The notes beneath the pieces were generated by a model. The model was not told the DNA's origin. It saw only the letters and a program-made list of their open reading frames with translations, and did no database searches. From contig NC_069003.1 of the NCBI RefSeq assembly GCF_001194135.2, positions 28,304,807 to 28,355,330 of the forward strand: a DNA stretch of 50,524 nucleotides, in the 5' to 3' direction. How positions within the stretch are numbered: position 1 is the stretch's first letter; every line of letters begins with the position of its first letter. The DNA is from Octopus bimaculoides. Its lineage: Eukaryota. Both the position numbers and the translations under genes were made by a program. Below are positions 49,380 through 50,524 of the stretch, piece after piece.

Positions 49380-49530
49380 ATCGCTAGCCACTACACATTC
49401 TTTTTTTCTCTGTGTTTCTCTCCTTGTTTCTTTCTGTGTTCCTCTCTGTGGAAGAGCGTAGGCTCGAAACGTTAAAGACTTTTTCACTTCACGAGCGTTA
49501 TACTAATACATCTGTTTTCTACACTATTAA
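49380..49530 (+). mobile_element. Penelope-like element tail (tentative) with a hammerhead-like core
   Basis: ctgtggaagagcgtaggctcgaaacgttaaagac. The CGAAACGT signature is typical of PLE termini. Confidence 0.45.
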
Positions 49531-49594
49531 AACAAAAAACAAAATGAAACATTTTCTCATCTTTTGATAAGTAAGACATTAATATTGCTTTCGA

Positions 49595-49790
49595 ATTTTA
49601 GCAAATGGGCAACAATTTCGCGTGAGGAACTAAGTCAATTACATTGACCCTACTGCTCAACTGGTACTTATTTTATCAACCACAAAAGGATGAAATGCAA
49701 AGACGATCTTGGTGGAATTTGAACTGAGAACCGAAAGACGGACGAAATGTTGCTAAGCATTTCGTCCGGCGAGGTAACGATTCTGCCATC
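49595..49790 (-). mobile_element. SINE family A, near full length
   Basis: ctggtacttattttatc...ggtggaatttgaactgagaac...gattctgcca. Confidence 0.85.
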
Positions 49791-50524
49791 GATATTATTG
49801 AATAAGTTTTATGTTTAATTCTTTTAATAATGATGAAATTAATATAGTTTAACATTTTCAATTTAAATTCAATTCTCAAATTTACAGAAGAAAAATATAC
49901 ATGACGTTATCAATCATTCAATTCATTAAATGCCTAAAGCATTAACTAATTTCTGTCAACATCTGATTTATAATAATTTTCCATTAAGTACTTTCAAAAC
50001 TTTTGACTCCAATTGAAATGTTATTTTTGTTGAAATTGTGATAATTAAGAAGGCATTACGGGTGTCAGTAAAAGTACAGAGAAAAATGAAACAGTAAAGT
50101 GGGTGTTAACATACAAGAAATATTAATTAAAATTACTGCCATGTTAATGAAAAAAAAAAAATCAAAGAATGACAGATTCTTCTCAATATAGTCAGAGGAG
50201 TCAATCCCGGAATATAAATGAATATAAATTGAATGTGAAAAGCAGTGAGGTATGTGCCTGACCTTTGGCAGAATGATAATAATTCCGGCAGTCCAGAACA
50301 AAGCATAGTCAAAGTGTGACTTCAAATCTTAGAACGTCAGGAAAGCAATATTTGAGATTTTTGTGAATCAACACTGAGTGGTGGTATTTTTGCTTAAAAG
50401 AACGACAGGGATGCCAGCTGTATGAAAATTTGATCGGAAAGTGAGATATTAGAGGAGCTAAACTAAAGGAAATAAGTCGATAGTTCCATAATTATCAGTG
50501 CTAGTATATCTGAACACATATTAG

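Noticed and set aside
50169-50249. ATG-initiated 27-codon exon candidate ending GAG|GTATGT
   Set aside because: No supporting homology or promoter features, and the window ends before any next exon.

Overview
AT-rich, microsatellite-dense eukaryotic non-coding DNA (intron or intergenic), most likely from an Octopus genome. The species call rests on my recall of the dominant tRNA-derived SINE families and is not database-checked. No host protein-coding gene could be recognised. Most ORFs in the supplied track are microsatellite or N-gap artefacts. The window is a transposable-element graveyard with many lineages: about 25 copies or fragments of one SINE family (called A here), several other SINE/retroposon families (B-F), at least 5 RTE LINE remnants, and single relics of CRE-like, HERO-like and Tx1/L1-like non-LTR elements. 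It also holds 6 Tc1/mariner remnants or MITEs, a Merlin transposase fragment, a probable hAT-type MITE and a Penelope-like tail. The most interesting observations are an RTE copy with twin-priming-like 5' inversion geometry, two RLE-type retrotransposon relics, a ~600 bp foldback palindrome, a 68-nt pre-miRNA-like hairpin, head-to-tail SINE arrays joined through (TTA)n tails, a degenerate hammerhead-like motif, and a CpG-rich candidate first exon. I found no convincing evidence for a new multi-gene system. All family names come from motif recognition by eye, and coordinates of degenerate elements are approximate (about +/-10-20 bp).
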